Source of the DNA: Octopus sinensis
Taxonomy: Eukaryota
Length of the DNA: 64,000 bases
NCBI RefSeq assembly: GCF_006345805.1
Contig: NC_043004.1
Coordinates: 4,030,001 to 4,094,000, forward strand
Reading direction: 5' to 3'
The notes under the pieces were generated by a model. The model did no database searches. It saw only the letters and a list, made by a program, of their open reading frames with translations, and was not told the origin of the DNA. Of this stretch, positions 38,215-51,125 are shown in pieces. Position numbers and translations under genes: made by a program. Every line of letters begins with the position of its first letter. The first letter of the stretch is position 1.

Positions 38215-39180
38215 GCAAAGGTTCGATCTTGGTTTCATTTCACTTCCCCGTACTTCCCGACTATTTTCATTTTGTCTGAGGGTCCCCCCACTATTATAAT
38301 AATCAGACTCAAGTGTTCCCCTTTCTTTCCTGGTTTGCAATGCGAGCTTCTTCTTGTTGTTGTAGTTATATTATTGCGCCTTATCGTATGGTCGAGTATA
38401 CCTCGTCTCAACATCATATGTAAATATTTGGAGGAGTGGTCATGGTTTGATGCAACCCACATCCTCTGCACAGGTTAAGTTTAGGTTATCACATTTAACT
38501 TACAGAAGTATTCATCTACACCTAATCTTTCGTTGCCTTAAACATTCTTCTTGTCTCCCTTCGGCCTATCCTATAAGCAGCTTCATCGTTTGGTGCAATC
38601 TTGAAAAACATGTCCTAGGAAAGGGGTACTCTTCATACTTACTGACTGCTTTTATTTTGGAGGGTCTTTTCTTTGAGGGTGGTCTTTTCTTATTCTGTCT
38701 TTTGTACTGATTCCAACCATCTTCCACCTTTTATCGTTTTCTACAGAAGATATTGTTGCACATTTTGGCTAATACTACCTCCATTCCTTATATTTCAAGT
38801 GCCTACGGAAATCCCCACTCTATTTCTAGTAAGGCAGATATAATCCCTCTCCCTTTTACCATTCTTTCAATGTATTCCAAAGACAAAGTGGCATTGTTCT
38901 TTGTAATATACCTCTTCCAGGAATCGGCTTATGTAAGACTGCCTAATAAAGCTGGCAAAATTGATTTTGGCATCAAAATTATAAACAATAATATTCTTCA
39001 TTTACCAAAATCTAAATGCTTTTGCTGTGCTTGATTCTTCAATGTTAATTTTCTTGCTTTGCTATTTGTCTTTTTTTTTATTTTACATGGAGAGGTTTTG
39101 GTATTCTTTGCATTTTTTACTTTGAGCGTGTTTCGTTGCAACCATTTTGGGGTTAACACGTCTACCGCGAATACAGATAA
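38215..39180 (-). mobile_element. Highly decayed R4/Dong-like LINE fragment
   Basis: NSKARKLTLKNQAQ, KGRGIIS and LCRGCGLHQTM (zinc-knuckle-like) in the expected order on the minus strand. Confidence 0.5.
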
Positions 39181-39414
39181 TGCCATATTATTATACAAGT
39201 AAACGACAACCTAAAAAATATATCACAAAGCACTAACTTATCTTTTCTAACCCAAGGTAAATGGATGGAATCTCCAAAGTCAAAAGAGACCAATAATTCA
39301 AAGATAAAATAGAAATTGCATGAAGTGAAATGTAGAAATATTTCGATTCCACTGAGAAATTTTATACACGTCTTCCCATTCCAAACATCATAGCAATAAC
39401 AATGATAATCCTTT

Positions 39415-39770
39415 CTACTATAGGCACGAGGCCTGAAATTTGGGGGAGGGGGAAAGTCGATTACATCGATCCCAGAAAGGTTTGAAGGCAAAACGACTTC
39501 GGAGGAATTTGAACTCAGAGCGTGAATACAGACGAAATGCCGCTAAGCATTCCATCCAGCGTGGTAGCGATTCGGTCAGCTCAACGCCTTCATAATAATA
39601 ACGATAATTCTTTCTGCTAGACACACAAGACCTGAAATTTGGATGGGGACTATTCGCTTGCGTCGACCCCAGCAGAATTTGATCTCAGAACGTAGAGATG
39701 GAGAAAATGCCGACAAGCATTTTACCCGGCAAGCTAACGGCTCTGCCAGCTCACTGCCTACTTAATAATA
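39415..39770 (-). mobile_element. Two adjacent diverged family A SINE monomers
   Basis: GGAATTTGAACTCAGAGCG..GACGAAATGCC and GAATTTGATCTCAGAACG..CTCTGCCAGCTCACTGCC. Confidence 0.65.
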
Positions 39771-39866
39771 ATAATAAAAATAATAATGATAATAATAATA
39801 GTAATAATAATAATAATAATGATGATGATAATAATGATAATGATAACGATGATAATAATAATGATG

Positions 39867-39900
<34 letters not shown>

Positions 39901-39935
39901 TGATGATAATGATGATGATGATGATGATGATGATT

Positions 39936-39988
<53 letters not shown>

Positions 39989-40048
39989 AATGATAATGAT
40001 AATGATAATGATGATAATAATAATGATAATGATAATGATGATAATAAT

Positions 40049-40079
<31 letters not shown>

Positions 40080-40112
40080 TAATAACAATGATGATGATGA
40101 TGATGATAATAA
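39770..40112. repeat. (AAT)n/(GAT)n microsatellite
   Basis: Direct reading. Confidence 0.95.
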
Positions 40113-40665
40113 TAGTAATAAATGCTCTGATGCAGTACCAGGCAGTGGCTTTCATGGCTTCTGATCTTAACTGATTGGAAGTGTTATTATGCACATTGTT
40201 TTGTCTTGGTATAAAAGATGGGCTACAGCAAATATTCTGCTCAATACCACAGATTTGCTTGTCAGTTGTTTGACCTTAACCAGTTGACCATGTCCCTTAG
40301 TGGCTGACGATATGTGCATCTCTGATCACGAGTAGAAGTAGTGGGGGAGCATCATAACCATGTGTTGAGAGGAATTCTTTGGGGTTTTAATAATTTACCT
40401 CTCGAAACAAGGGTGTTTCACTCAACATTCTTAAACAAACCTTATTCAGGGACCTTTTGAGCGGGATGGACTACTCACCTGAAGAAAATTCTAACTGGGC
40501 CCCACCTGCAAGGTCATGTGCTGTTTATCTTGATATGAGACCACTGTGTCGCGCACATGTGGTTGTGATGCATGTGCCTAGTGTACCCTTATCAGACGGG
40601 TAGTCATGATGGGTATAGTGGGCTTTGTATATTTTACCCCAGTGTCACTTTGATGGTATGCAATT
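40113..40665. repeat. Longer (~550-bp) copy of the (TAA)n-embedded repeat at 23479
   Basis: Near identity to 23479-23957 plus about 80 extra bp; (AAT)n on both sides. Confidence 0.85.
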
Positions 40666-40684
40666 ATTAATAATAATAATAATA

Positions 40685-40721
<37 letters not shown>

Positions 40722-40724
40722 TCT

Positions 40725-40878
40725 TTCTACTATAGTCACAAGGTTGGATTTTTGTGGGGAGGGGGATAATCGATCACACCGGCCCCAGTACTTGACTGGT
40801 ACTTAATTTATCGATCCCGATACGATGGAAAGCAAAGTCGACTTCGGCTGAATTTAAACTCAGAACAGACGAAATATC
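40725..40878 (-). mobile_element. Diverged family A SINE fragment
   Basis: ACTGGTACTTAATTTATCGATCCC..AAAGTCGACTTCGGC..GAATTTAAACTCAG. Confidence 0.6.
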
Positions 40879-42092
40879 ACTTCCATTTTATTTATTTCTA
40901 TCGTTAATGGCTTACTAAAGCTAATTAATTCTACTCTAGTTGCCAAACGTCCATTTGTTGTTGACGATTGACCCCGTCAACACCCACTTAACTAATCCTC
41001 CATTTTGTGCACATGGAGAATTAGTTTTATTCTATGTGTCGTACAATATGGAGATGTTCACTTCTGATGGTACATCCGCCACCTTTATTTTAACCACCCT
41101 TCGGTCGAGGTATGTCGGAATTAGCCACAAAGTGGGAGCACCTTGATCTCAAGCGCAAGAATAGATTCCCTGCACATCTGGTTTTATATCTGAGTGACCT
41201 TCTCCTAAAGACATACTAAAGACAAAAGTTAAGGGGTCCTCACTCCCAGTGGTAATCCAGCATGCCGGACACTAACTCGAAATTTCTGTGTCCCCGTTCT
41301 ATTGCCAGATGGTTCTTCAACCTACACTAGTCCTTTTGACAGGTTTTGCTTTTAGTTCTGTTGGGTTTCTTGTAACTCTCCTAACCAGGCAAGCCTAGTG
41401 ATGGTGCATGACCCGACCATGCAGCAGGTTGTAGATACATACATGTATATACGCATACATATATATACATGTAAGAGTTAGAAATTATTATAAAAAACAA
41501 ATAATCAGATGGAATAAATAAAACAAATAAAATGTCAAAGGTCACGCACAAAATGGGTTCAATACGCCCCGGAATTGTCAGAGACAATAAAATAAATCAA
41601 ACAAATAGAATAAAATAAATAATAATAATAATAAATACACACGTACATGATGAACAAAATGAATAACAAATAATGATAACTATTTTGGTGCATGTCTTAT
41701 AGTCCACCTTGTATATATATATGTGTGTGTGTGCATATGTATGTATGTGTGTGTATATACGTATGAATGTATGTATGTATGTATGTATGTATGTATGTAT
41801 GTATGTATGTATGTATGTATGTGTATGTATGTATGTATGTATGCATGTATGTATGTATGTGTCATTATTCGATTTTGTTTCAGGATTTCTTGCCAATAGA
41901 GAAAGAACCAGTTTCTAACCAAGATCCAAGGCTCCTTCATTGGAGTTTCAACATCAACAGAGTATTTTTGTATGTATGTATGTGTGTATGTATGTATGTA
42001 TGCATGTATGTATGTATGTATGTATGTATGTATGTATGTATGTATGTATATGTACAGATTTGTATGTTTTATGTGTGTATTCTCATGCATAT

Positions 42093-42550
42093 ATTTGCAT
42101 ATCTAGACATGCTCTTATATATTTAAATGATAAACTTCTGGAAAGTTTTACAGATTTTTACAGTTCCAGTGATGGATTGCATCTGCAGTCTTCGAATTAG
42201 CTTTCTCTTTTCTGGCTTTGAGAAGCTTAGTTTCCCAAGACTGGTATTTAAGCAGTGTGTCACATATCACAGGGCCCCAATAATTACAGATATAAACCTG
42301 ATCTTGTAATCTGAATGGAGTAGCTGTAGATTCCTCAATAGTTCAGTGTAGCTATTTTCTTTTTCGCTGATCTTCAGCTTTATGTTAACATCCACTGAGC
42401 ATCTGATTTCCACAACTGTACACACTTTCTCTTCTCTATCCCAAATCATTATATCAGGTCTGTTATGTTTTACGGAGAAGTATATACCAGACAAGTGATT
42501 TGATCTGTGACCGTGTGTTGAAGCTATAAGGATTGTTGCATTGCTTGTCA
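42093..42550 (-). mobile_element. R4/Dong-like LINE 3' end (restriction-like endonuclease)
   Basis: HNRPDIMIWDREEKVCTVVEIRC..ISVIIGAL..CKTFQKFII*. Confidence 0.8.
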
Positions 42551-43074
42551 TTTAGAAACATGTAAACATTGTAAGCTTATATCTAAAAATTTATAATCTG
42601 CTGTAAGAAGTTTTACTATTTTTGTTTTTCTTTTCTTTTCTTTTGTTTTTTTTTTGTTGTTTTTGTTGTTTTTGTTTTTTCTGAGTAGGTTCATAATTTG
42701 ATCGTATTTTCTACCTTGTTTCGTCTGCTTGGAATTCCACCCACATGCTCGCTGCATTCTGTAAAAAAACTATTGTGGCATTGTTGCAATGTCGTGTCTC
42801 TGCCCACCGAAAGGCTTTTGCCCCCTTTTTATGAATAATGTTGGCTTCATGTGTAACATCAAATAAATTATCAATGATCGTTCATCGCCTCTTGTTTCTC
42901 CTCACTAACTCTCTTTAATCTAACATTTTCTAACTCTTTTCCTTTCTAAATTCAATCATTTCTAGTTTCCATCTTTTTTCTGGTCTTACCTACGGCTGAT
43001 TGGTGTTTATACCACTAATAGTGGTATAAACTAGTTCATTAATAGTGGTGGTATAAACTAGTTCATTAATCATG

Positions 43075-43520
43075 TCGTTCCAGGCTTTCCCTGTTGACAG
43101 CGATGAGTCTAAATCCCATTACAATAGTCTCCGTTTAGGCATCCAATTTATATTGACCATACAGATCATAAACTAGTGGTTTGTGTCGCCATTTATCGAA
43201 AACTGTATATTATTATCATCAACAAACTTAATAAATATTCTCTCTAAGTAGACCGGCAGCGATTTTCGTAAATTCATATCGGGACATTCTACAGACCTTT
43301 CTACAACTCTAAATTAGTTGAATCTGTCTAAACAGGTTTTAAAAATTTCCAACGCCCTCTCTTCGCATACGATTCTCTAACATAATCTTCAGCGTGTGTA
43401 TAAGATCATAAATAATCATTTAACTGCTCTAAAACACAACACCTGACCGTCTTCTGCTCCAGTCAGGTTCTGTTTTTCGACTGCAATCTCCAAAGGGAAC
43501 TGAAATGTCAGCCCTTTCCT
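43075..43520 (-). mobile_element. Possible L1/Tx1-type AP-endonuclease LINE fragment
   Basis: Decayed motifs YLERIF, DTNH and YGQYKLDA resembling the SYLDR..TDH..GYWKLN order; several stops. Confidence 0.35.
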
Positions 43521-43619
43521 CTAAACTAAATTTTGCACAAAAACCAACCTTTAATAAAAAAATTTCTGACCCCTTCCCCTTCCTCAAATAATAAAACATT
43601 TTATGACCTTTAAGGTAAA

Positions 43620-43870
43620 ATGACGTGGCTTAGTGGTAAGTGCGTTGAATTTATGATCTTAAGATTGTGATTTCGATTCCTGGACTGAGCAAAACACTTC
43701 ATTTCACGTTGCTCCAGTCCACTTAGCTGGTACAAATGAGTAACTCTGCGGCGGACCGGCGGACCGGCAGACCGGCGGACCGTCCAGGCAGGAATATATA
43801 TATATACGCCAGAGAAAGCGGAAAACCGGCCCAGGCGTCTTTACAGAGTGATGTGGACTAACCAATGGTC
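43620..43870 (+). mobile_element. tRNA-derived SINE (family C)
   Basis: GTGGCTTAGTGGTAAG..TTTCGATTCCTGGAC..GAGCAAAACACTTCATTTCACGTTGCTCCAG. Confidence 0.75.
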
Positions 43871-44557
43871 AAGAAGGAAAAACCCTTGTTCTCAATCTTT
43901 CAACTTTTCTCATCTTTCACTACACCTAGACTAAAGGAAAACTATCTTTCACAACCAGGAGGTGACAATGTACTCGGACAATAACCGGGTAGCAGGCATA
44001 CTATTTCGTTCCACAAGTCAGCAATCTGTGGACAATAAACAGAATGGTTTGGTCGCTTTCGGCATTACTGTCTGTGCCTACAAAACTTATTCTGAGTGAA
44101 TAAATCTCAGTATATGATTGGTGTTTTATTTTATCGGCTGCCCGAATAAGGAAAACAAACTGAACTCTACTTGAATATAAGGCTTCGAACTTACCTTCAA
44201 AAAATCGAGAAAATATTTCCCTTCAATCTTTTTTTTTTTTTACAATTTCACATTAACATTATAACTTTATATGTTAGTAAATTTGTTTGTTCATCAAAAT
44301 ATCTAATCAGCAATATATTGCATATAATTTCATGTAATTTTAGAATTTATGAGAAAACAAAACCTAAAAACAGATCAGCTGTAAATAGCATTTATTGACC
44401 GATACATAATTATTGAATAATATCTTATCATTGGCGAAGAGTTTCACGAAATTCACATTACTCTTTTATAAAATAAAACCGTTTCCGCTCTTTCTTTTTT
44501 TATGATATCCGGAAAAATTTAGTAGGAATGAAATACATACATACGTACACACATATT

Positions 44558-44584
44558 TAATCACCAATATCCTGATCTATCGGC

Positions 44585-44639
<55 letters not shown>

Positions 44640-44691
44640 AAGAGAGAGAGAGAGAGAGAGAGAGGCCGATAGATCAGGATATTGGTGATTA
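44558..44691. repeat. 134-bp near-perfect palindrome centred on (TA)n
   Basis: TAATCACCAATATCCTGATCTATCGGCC(TC)n-(TA)n-(GA)nGGCCGATAGATCAGGATATTGGTGATTA. Confidence 0.9.
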
Positions 44692-46420
44692 TTATATTTT
44701 AATAGATTTATTGTTATTATTATCATTATCATACTTTTATGGAAACTACGTCCATTAAAGATAATAAAAATTGCTACTTAACGATTAGTAAAAATTAGCA
44801 CCCTGTGATTACTGTCGTGATGAAAGGGTGGACTGGATAATGGATTGGTCGATTAACCCGGGAGTTTTTAGGCTCAAATCTGCGACAGGCGTTTTTGTTG
44901 TATTTTTCGGCAAGGAATACTCGATTCTGCGTTGCATCAGTTCATTGCTGAAGTTCTCACGAATGATAACATATCCTGGAATGCTACCAACTGATGCTCA
45001 ATCGAGCAGCCATCTTTATCTAAAATCTACTTGATATTGTAAAATGAGAGCTAAGGACCAGTTTTCCGGCGGTGGAGGTCACCAGTAGCTCAGGACACAT
45101 ACTATAAAGACCGAATAAGAAAACAGTCAGAACATTTGTAAAAATCAAGAAGTATCGCTGTTGTGGTTGTCTTATTTTGAGTCCCGGGTCAACTCTGACC
45201 CAGCAGGCTTATGATCAAAATCACCCCAGCCGTAACCATCACAACTTTTGTTTAGTTATAGTACATCCAGGAATACACTATGCGCTACACCCTCTCTTCT
45301 TAAAACGGTGGGAAGGATAGAATTTGATGGAGATTTGTAACAAATCAGACGATCACATCGCGTTTCTTTGATTGGCACAGAGAGAATAGTTATTATTTTT
45401 AATTTGAGGTCAGCCTTAATTGAACAGATCGATAATCAAATATATTGCCCTCAGGAACATTTGTGTTTTATCCACCCAGGACTAAATTTTCCAGTGTGTC
45501 CTGAAATATCGGCCAAATCTCTTTCATACCATGTCCTACTGCCATAAAAATAGAAATGGTACTTTATATAATGTAATAAAATAAAACTAGATGCTCATGG
45601 CTGAATGTCTTTGGCCCCAGGCCTGCTTGATTAGGGGATTTGAGCTGACTTGAAGCTAGCTAAACAACAACAATCCACGAATAAATAAAACAATCAGAAT
45701 ATTTAGCCAAACACAAACCGAGGAACTCGCTTGTCGCTGGTAGTTATCCAGCATTAGGAAACCTTATATCGGTTTCGTGACAAAACGGTAATTCTGGTGA
45801 TTCTGAGAGGTCGTTTTAAGTTTCCTTTTCAAGGTAAAATAGAAAATATAGAAATTGTAAACCAATAACCAGGAACTGGTGCCGAATAACAAACAACGTA
45901 TTTGGTTCTGATATCTTCACACGACGTTCCTCGCTTCTAAACGACTAATTTATATTTAATCATTAACTACTCTGTTAGTTTGTTATTTTTAAAATTAGTT
46001 TTGTTAATTTGTTTAGTATATGACAAATTAGAAAACTAAATAACTATCAATGACAAACTTTTGTGTTGTTATTTTTTAAAACTTGTCGGCGATTATATTT
46101 ATCAATGACGAATCATACACTTTTGATAAATAAATTACTGACCAACAAAATTAGTCGTCTTTTATCTGACAAGCTCAGAACATCCTTAAACCTACACTTC
46201 ATATCGGACAGATACTTACACCTGGCTATGAAATACGAACTTTAATTATCTGAATAGTTCTGAAATAACAAAAAGTCGACTAGAGCAGAAAAACAACGAA
46301 GTAAATGAGAGAATGATTTATGTAGTTTAATTATAATTAAGATGTTTACTTTCTTCATTCTGCTTTCAATTAATCCCAGGAACCAAAAAATGGCGTAAAA
46401 TATTGCTTGTTTTTATTTGT

Positions 46421-46710
46421 GGGCGTTGGAGTGGCTGAGTGGTAAGACGTTTGCTTCCCAACCACATGGTTCTAGGTTCAGTCCCACTGCGAGGCACCTT
46501 GGGAAAGTGTCTTCTACTATAGCCTCGGGCCGACTAAAGCCTTGTGAGTGGATTTGGTAGAAGGAAACTGAAAGAAGCCCGTCGTGTATATACATATATG
46601 TGTATATATGTATATATGTATGTATGTGTATATGTTTGTGTGTCTGTGTTTGTCCCCCAACATCGCTTGACAACCGATGCTGGTGTGTTTACGTCCCCGT
46701 AACTTAGCGG
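46421..46710 (+). mobile_element. tRNA-derived SINE (family B)
   Basis: GGAGTGGCTGAGTGGTAAG..GGTTCAGTCCCACTGCG. Confidence 0.85.
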
Positions 46711-47180
46711 CTATACACCAAATAACGTGGTAAGTCTTACGTTCTGAAATTTAAATTTTGAACTTGTTTTAATTATAAAATTACATCTCAGCTAAAAACA
46801 CATCTTTCGGCTTTGGAAAACATTCTCTTTCTGTATGTTTTGTTAAGTTAGAATTTCTCTATTTTGGTCTGGATTTTTCAATTTCTTTTTCCTTGGGACG
46901 GGAGCATCTAAAAAGAATTAAACTCATAGAGCCAAACAAAATCAAAAGTATTAATTTTAATCGTAATGATGGAGAAGAGTAAACATTTTCCCCCTTTCCT
47001 TAATACAAACAAGAGCATAGTATGAAGTAGATTTGGCTGTTACTTCTAGCAAATTGAACAACCACACAGAGTACATCATTAGCTCATTTGTTAATGAGTA
47101 TAAGTAAACAAAAAACTAAAGGAAAAACAGAAACTAGCAAACAGATGCACACACACTCACACACACACACATATATATAC

Positions 47181-47252
<72 letters not shown>

Positions 47253-47525
47253 CGTGATCCACCAGGCAATCAGATGTTGCTACACATCGCTGGTCACAAT
47301 GCGCTTAGCATTGTTTTAGCCTTCAAATGACGCCACCCCGCTGGCTAAGCGAGCAGGCCAATATATATATATATTTCTAAATGCTGTATTTGTTTTCCGT
47401 GAAAGTTTGGCGCGCTGTTAGTTGGGGCATTGAATTATAACGTCGGATGTAATCAATTGAACCACACGCGTATTTATCGTTATGGTAAAATCTGGCGTGT
47501 GATTGAGTGGATTTCATCCAGATAG

Positions 47526-47606
47526 TTTTGGCTGACGAGCTACAAGTGGATTTTTTTGTAAATAAAATTACATTTAATTCATTAATAGCGAAACATTGTC
47601 CCAAAA
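47526..47606 (+). ncRNA. Type I hammerhead ribozyme, copy 1
   Basis: TTTTGG-CTGACGA-GCTA..TAGC-GAAAC-ATT-GTC-CCAAAA; predicted cleavage after 47600. Confidence 0.8.
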
Positions 47607-48058
47607 TAATCTGTATTTTTGTTATTTTTTATTTGCCCTGTCCGTGTGAGCTAACAATCGTACTGACTTTCATGGGAAACATGTATTTTTGTGGTTGAAA
47701 CCTTTTGGATTAACTGGTGCTAGAGTGAGCCATATAGTGACCACTCTCTTATATTTATTTTGTAAAAATATTGTAATATATTATAAAATATTATAATAAT
47801 CCAGGTTTCTCGGAGCACTAGGCCACTTGGTGTTGAATAGATATACTATTAAATTAGTATCTAATTCTCTCACCCTTATTAATTAATTATAATTATGCTG
47901 CATTTATTTCTAAATGCTGTATTGTTTTCCGTGAAAGTTTGGCGCGCTGTTAGTTGGGGCATTTGAATTATAACGTCGGATGTAATCAATTGAACCACAC
48001 GCGTATTTATCGTTATGGTAAAATCTGGCGTGTGATTGAGTGGATTTCATCCAGATAG

Positions 48059-48140
48059 TTTTGGCTGACGAGCTACAAGTGGATTTTTTTGTAAGTAAAA
48101 TTACATTTAATTCATTAATAGCGAAACAATTGTCCCAAAA
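48059..48140 (+). ncRNA. Type I hammerhead ribozyme, copy 2
   Basis: TTTTGG-CTGACGA-GCTA..TAGC-GAAAC-AATT-GTC-CCAAAA; all core nucleotides canonical; predicted cleavage after 48134. Confidence 0.85.
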
Positions 48141-48591
48141 TAATCTGTATTTTTGTTATTTTTTATTTGCCCTGTCCGTGTGAGCTAACAATCGTACTGA
48201 CTTTCATGGGAAACATGTATTTTTGTGGTTGAAACCTTTTGGATTAACTGGTGCTAGAGTGAGCCATATAGTGACCACTCTCTTATATTTATTTTGTAAA
48301 AATATTGTAATATATTATAAAATATTATAATAATCCAGGTTTCTCGGAGCACTAGGCCACTTGGTGTTGAATAGATATACTATTAAATTAGTATCTATTC
48401 TCTCACCTTATTAATTAATTATAATTATGCTGCATTTATTTCTAAATGCTGTATTTGTTTTCCGTGAAAGTTTGGCGCGCTGTTAGTTGGGGCATTTGAA
48501 TTATAACGTCGGATGTAATCAATTGAACCACACGCGTATTTATCGTTATGGTAAAATCTGGCGTGTGATTGAGTGGATTTCATCCAGATAG

Positions 48592-48673
48592 TTTTGGCTG
48601 ACGAGCTACAAGTGGATTTTTTTGTAAGTAAAATTACATTTAATTCATTAATAGCGAAACAATTGTCCCAAAA
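48592..48673 (+). ncRNA. Type I hammerhead ribozyme, copy 3
   Basis: Same as copy 2; predicted cleavage after 48667. Confidence 0.85.
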
Positions 48674-48847
48674 TAATCTGTATTTTTGTTATTTTTTATT
48701 TGCCCTGTCCGTGTGAGCTAACAATCGTACTGACTTTCATGGGAAACATGTATTTTTGTGGTTGAAACCTTTTGGATTAACTGGTGCTAGAGTGAGCCAT
48801 ATAGTGACCACTCTCTTATATTTATTTTATATTATATATATATTATA

Positions 48848-48893
<46 letters not shown>

Positions 48894-48897
48894 ATAT

Positions 48898-49196
48898 ATG
48901 ACCCAGTGGTTAGGGCAGCGGACTCGCAGTCGGAGGATCGCGGTTTCGATTCCAAGACCGGGCGTTGTGTGTGTTTATTGAGCGAAAACACCTAAAAGCT
49001 CCACGACGCTCCGGCAGGAGGTGGTGGCGACCCCTGTTGTACTCTTTCGCCACAACTTTCTCTCACTCTCTCTTCCTGTTTCTTGAGTAACGCTGCGATG
49101 GACTGGCATCCCATCCAGCTGGGGTGGGGGAGACACATATACGCCACAGAAACCGGGAAACCGGGCCCATGAGCCTGGCTAGGCTTGAAAAGGGCG

Positions 49197-49200
<4 letters not shown>
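48898..49200 (+). mobile_element. tRNA-derived SINE (family C variant) with A-rich tail
   Basis: CCCAGTGGTTAGGGCAGCGGACTCGC..GGTTTCGATTCC; tail shared with 61525-61665; ends in A17. Confidence 0.8.
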
Positions 49201-49229
<29 letters not shown>

Positions 49230-49565
49230 TATAATATATATATATATTGTTATATTTCAGAATGGTTATTTTGCCAGTTTAGCCAATAATAAAAACACAC
49301 GCACTATATATTTGGTGTTATTTTGCTTCAGTGTTATTTATTTTTTACATTAATCTTAATCTTATTTCGGCCAGAGTTCTTTCGTAACACTCCTGTGACC
49401 GCATCAGTGGTCCTTTATTTTCTTCTTTCTTATTTGTGTCTCTCCTTACTAACCGTCAGCCATTTTGTATTGGCTAAACTGGCAAAATGACCATTCCGAA
49501 ATATAACAATATCTGTTTCAACACGCGACTTCACATAAAAAATCTTGCACAACTAATATTTAAAC

Positions 49566-49659
<94 letters not shown>

Positions 49660-49739
49660 ATGTATGAATACAAAATCTATAGCTTGGCCCGGCTCTAGTT
49701 TGCTTCATTCACAAAATCTGCATTTTCTTAAAAGAAAAT

Positions 49740-50465
49740 TAAAAAATCTAAAATTTGTTTATATTGATGCAGTTTACAACGCTGATTTCTGTGAAACCAT
49801 TAACTTCTGGAGGGAAAATTTGACGAAAAAGTTATAAACGTTTAAAAACTGGCGGTGCACTCGAAATGGATGTAATGAACGTTTGTCAGTAAGGACAGGA
49901 AGAAAAAAAGAAAAAACTCGGATTTTTCGCGTGCATTCAACGTATCTGACCGCCAAACCCTCTGCAAGCCACATTTTTTCGAAAAAGAAAGGAGGAGGAT
50001 GGTGGGTGACCTCCAAGTTTACCGGAACCCAAAAAAGGAAAGATCTGGCTGATATTTCTAACACGCCCTGCTACCATGTAACTGCTATTTGCGATAAAGG
50101 ACCTGCCGTTATCGCAAATAGCTGCTAATGCTGGTGTACTTGTAAAAATTGACCCAAACATATGCAGACAAATACATTGATATAACAAAGAACTTAAATA
50201 AAAAATAAAAACATGACTTTAAAGGTATTTATCTTTATTTAAAAACCTACGATGAACAGGTCACACAGGGAACAACCTTAAACGGGGTACAACTTTAATG
50301 TTGATACCGTTCGCTACAACAAAAATTTATCATTGGCTAAAAATCGAGTTTTTCGATTTTTAAACTTCTGTAACTTTTTCGTCAAATTTTTTCTCAATAA
50401 ATTCTTTGGTTCAAAGGAATAAGAAATGAATGTCTAATATGACAAATTTTCAGATTTTTTACTTC
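49740..50465. mobile_element. Probable non-autonomous DNA-transposon remnant with imperfect inverted repeats
   Basis: AAAATTTGACGAAAAAGTTA (~49816) vs TAACTTTTTCGTCAAATTTT (~50370); internal 14-bp perfect hairpin 50084-50122; true termini not identified. Confidence 0.4.
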
Positions 50466-50719
50466 ATTTTAAAAGGAAGAGGATTTTGTGACTCAAACTA
50501 ACCAGATCCAAGTACAGTGAATACCATCCTCCACAATTTGCTACTCATATGAAGTACATATGTATTTCAACAATTTCTAACAAATATACTCTCCTTCTTG
50601 AACATAAAAAATCCTCTTCCCGGGGGACAATAACTTATATGTCAGATTGTTGCGCAAGTTCTAGCTGTTTTGATAAGGGAAATCATAAAGGTTTGAAATG
50701 ATTTCATCGGCATTTACTT

Positions 50720-51125
50720 ATTTCTTTATTGCCCACAAGGGGCTACACACAGATGGGACAAACAAGGACAGACAAAGGGATTAAGTCGATTACATCGACC
50801 CCACTGCGTAACTGGTACTTAATTTATAGACCCCAAAAGGATGAAAGGCAAAGTCGACCTCGGCGGAATTTGAATTCAGTACGTAACGGCAGATGAAATA
50901 CGGCTATGCATTTTGCCCGGCGTGCTAACGATTCTGCCAGCTCACTGCTTTATCTCTTTTTTGTTAAGTCGATTATATCGACCCCAGTGCGTAACTGGTA
51001 CTTATTTAATCGACCCCGAAAGGATGAAAGGCAAAGTTGACCTCGGCGGAATTTGAACTCAGAACGTAACTGCAGACCGCTAAGCATTTCGCCCGGCGTG
51101 CTAACGTTTCTGCCAGCTCGCCGCC
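50720..51125 (-). mobile_element. Dimeric family A SINE with perfect 18-bp TSD
   Basis: TTTCATCGGCATTTACTT at 50702-50719 and 51126-51143 flanks two head-to-tail monomers. Confidence 0.9.

Larger units (their letters stand above)
47372..48828 (+). repeat. ~533-bp head-to-tail array (x2.7), one canonical HHR per unit; retrozyme-like
   Basis: Units start near 47373, 47906 and 48438; near-identical (mostly 1-nt indels); no meaningful ORF; (TA)n flanks. Confidence 0.9.

Noticed and set aside
47372-48828. Tandem arrays as CRISPR or as protein-coding repeats
   Set aside because: Units are hundreds of bp with no variable spacers, no cas genes and eukaryotic context; the small ORFs have no recognisable motifs
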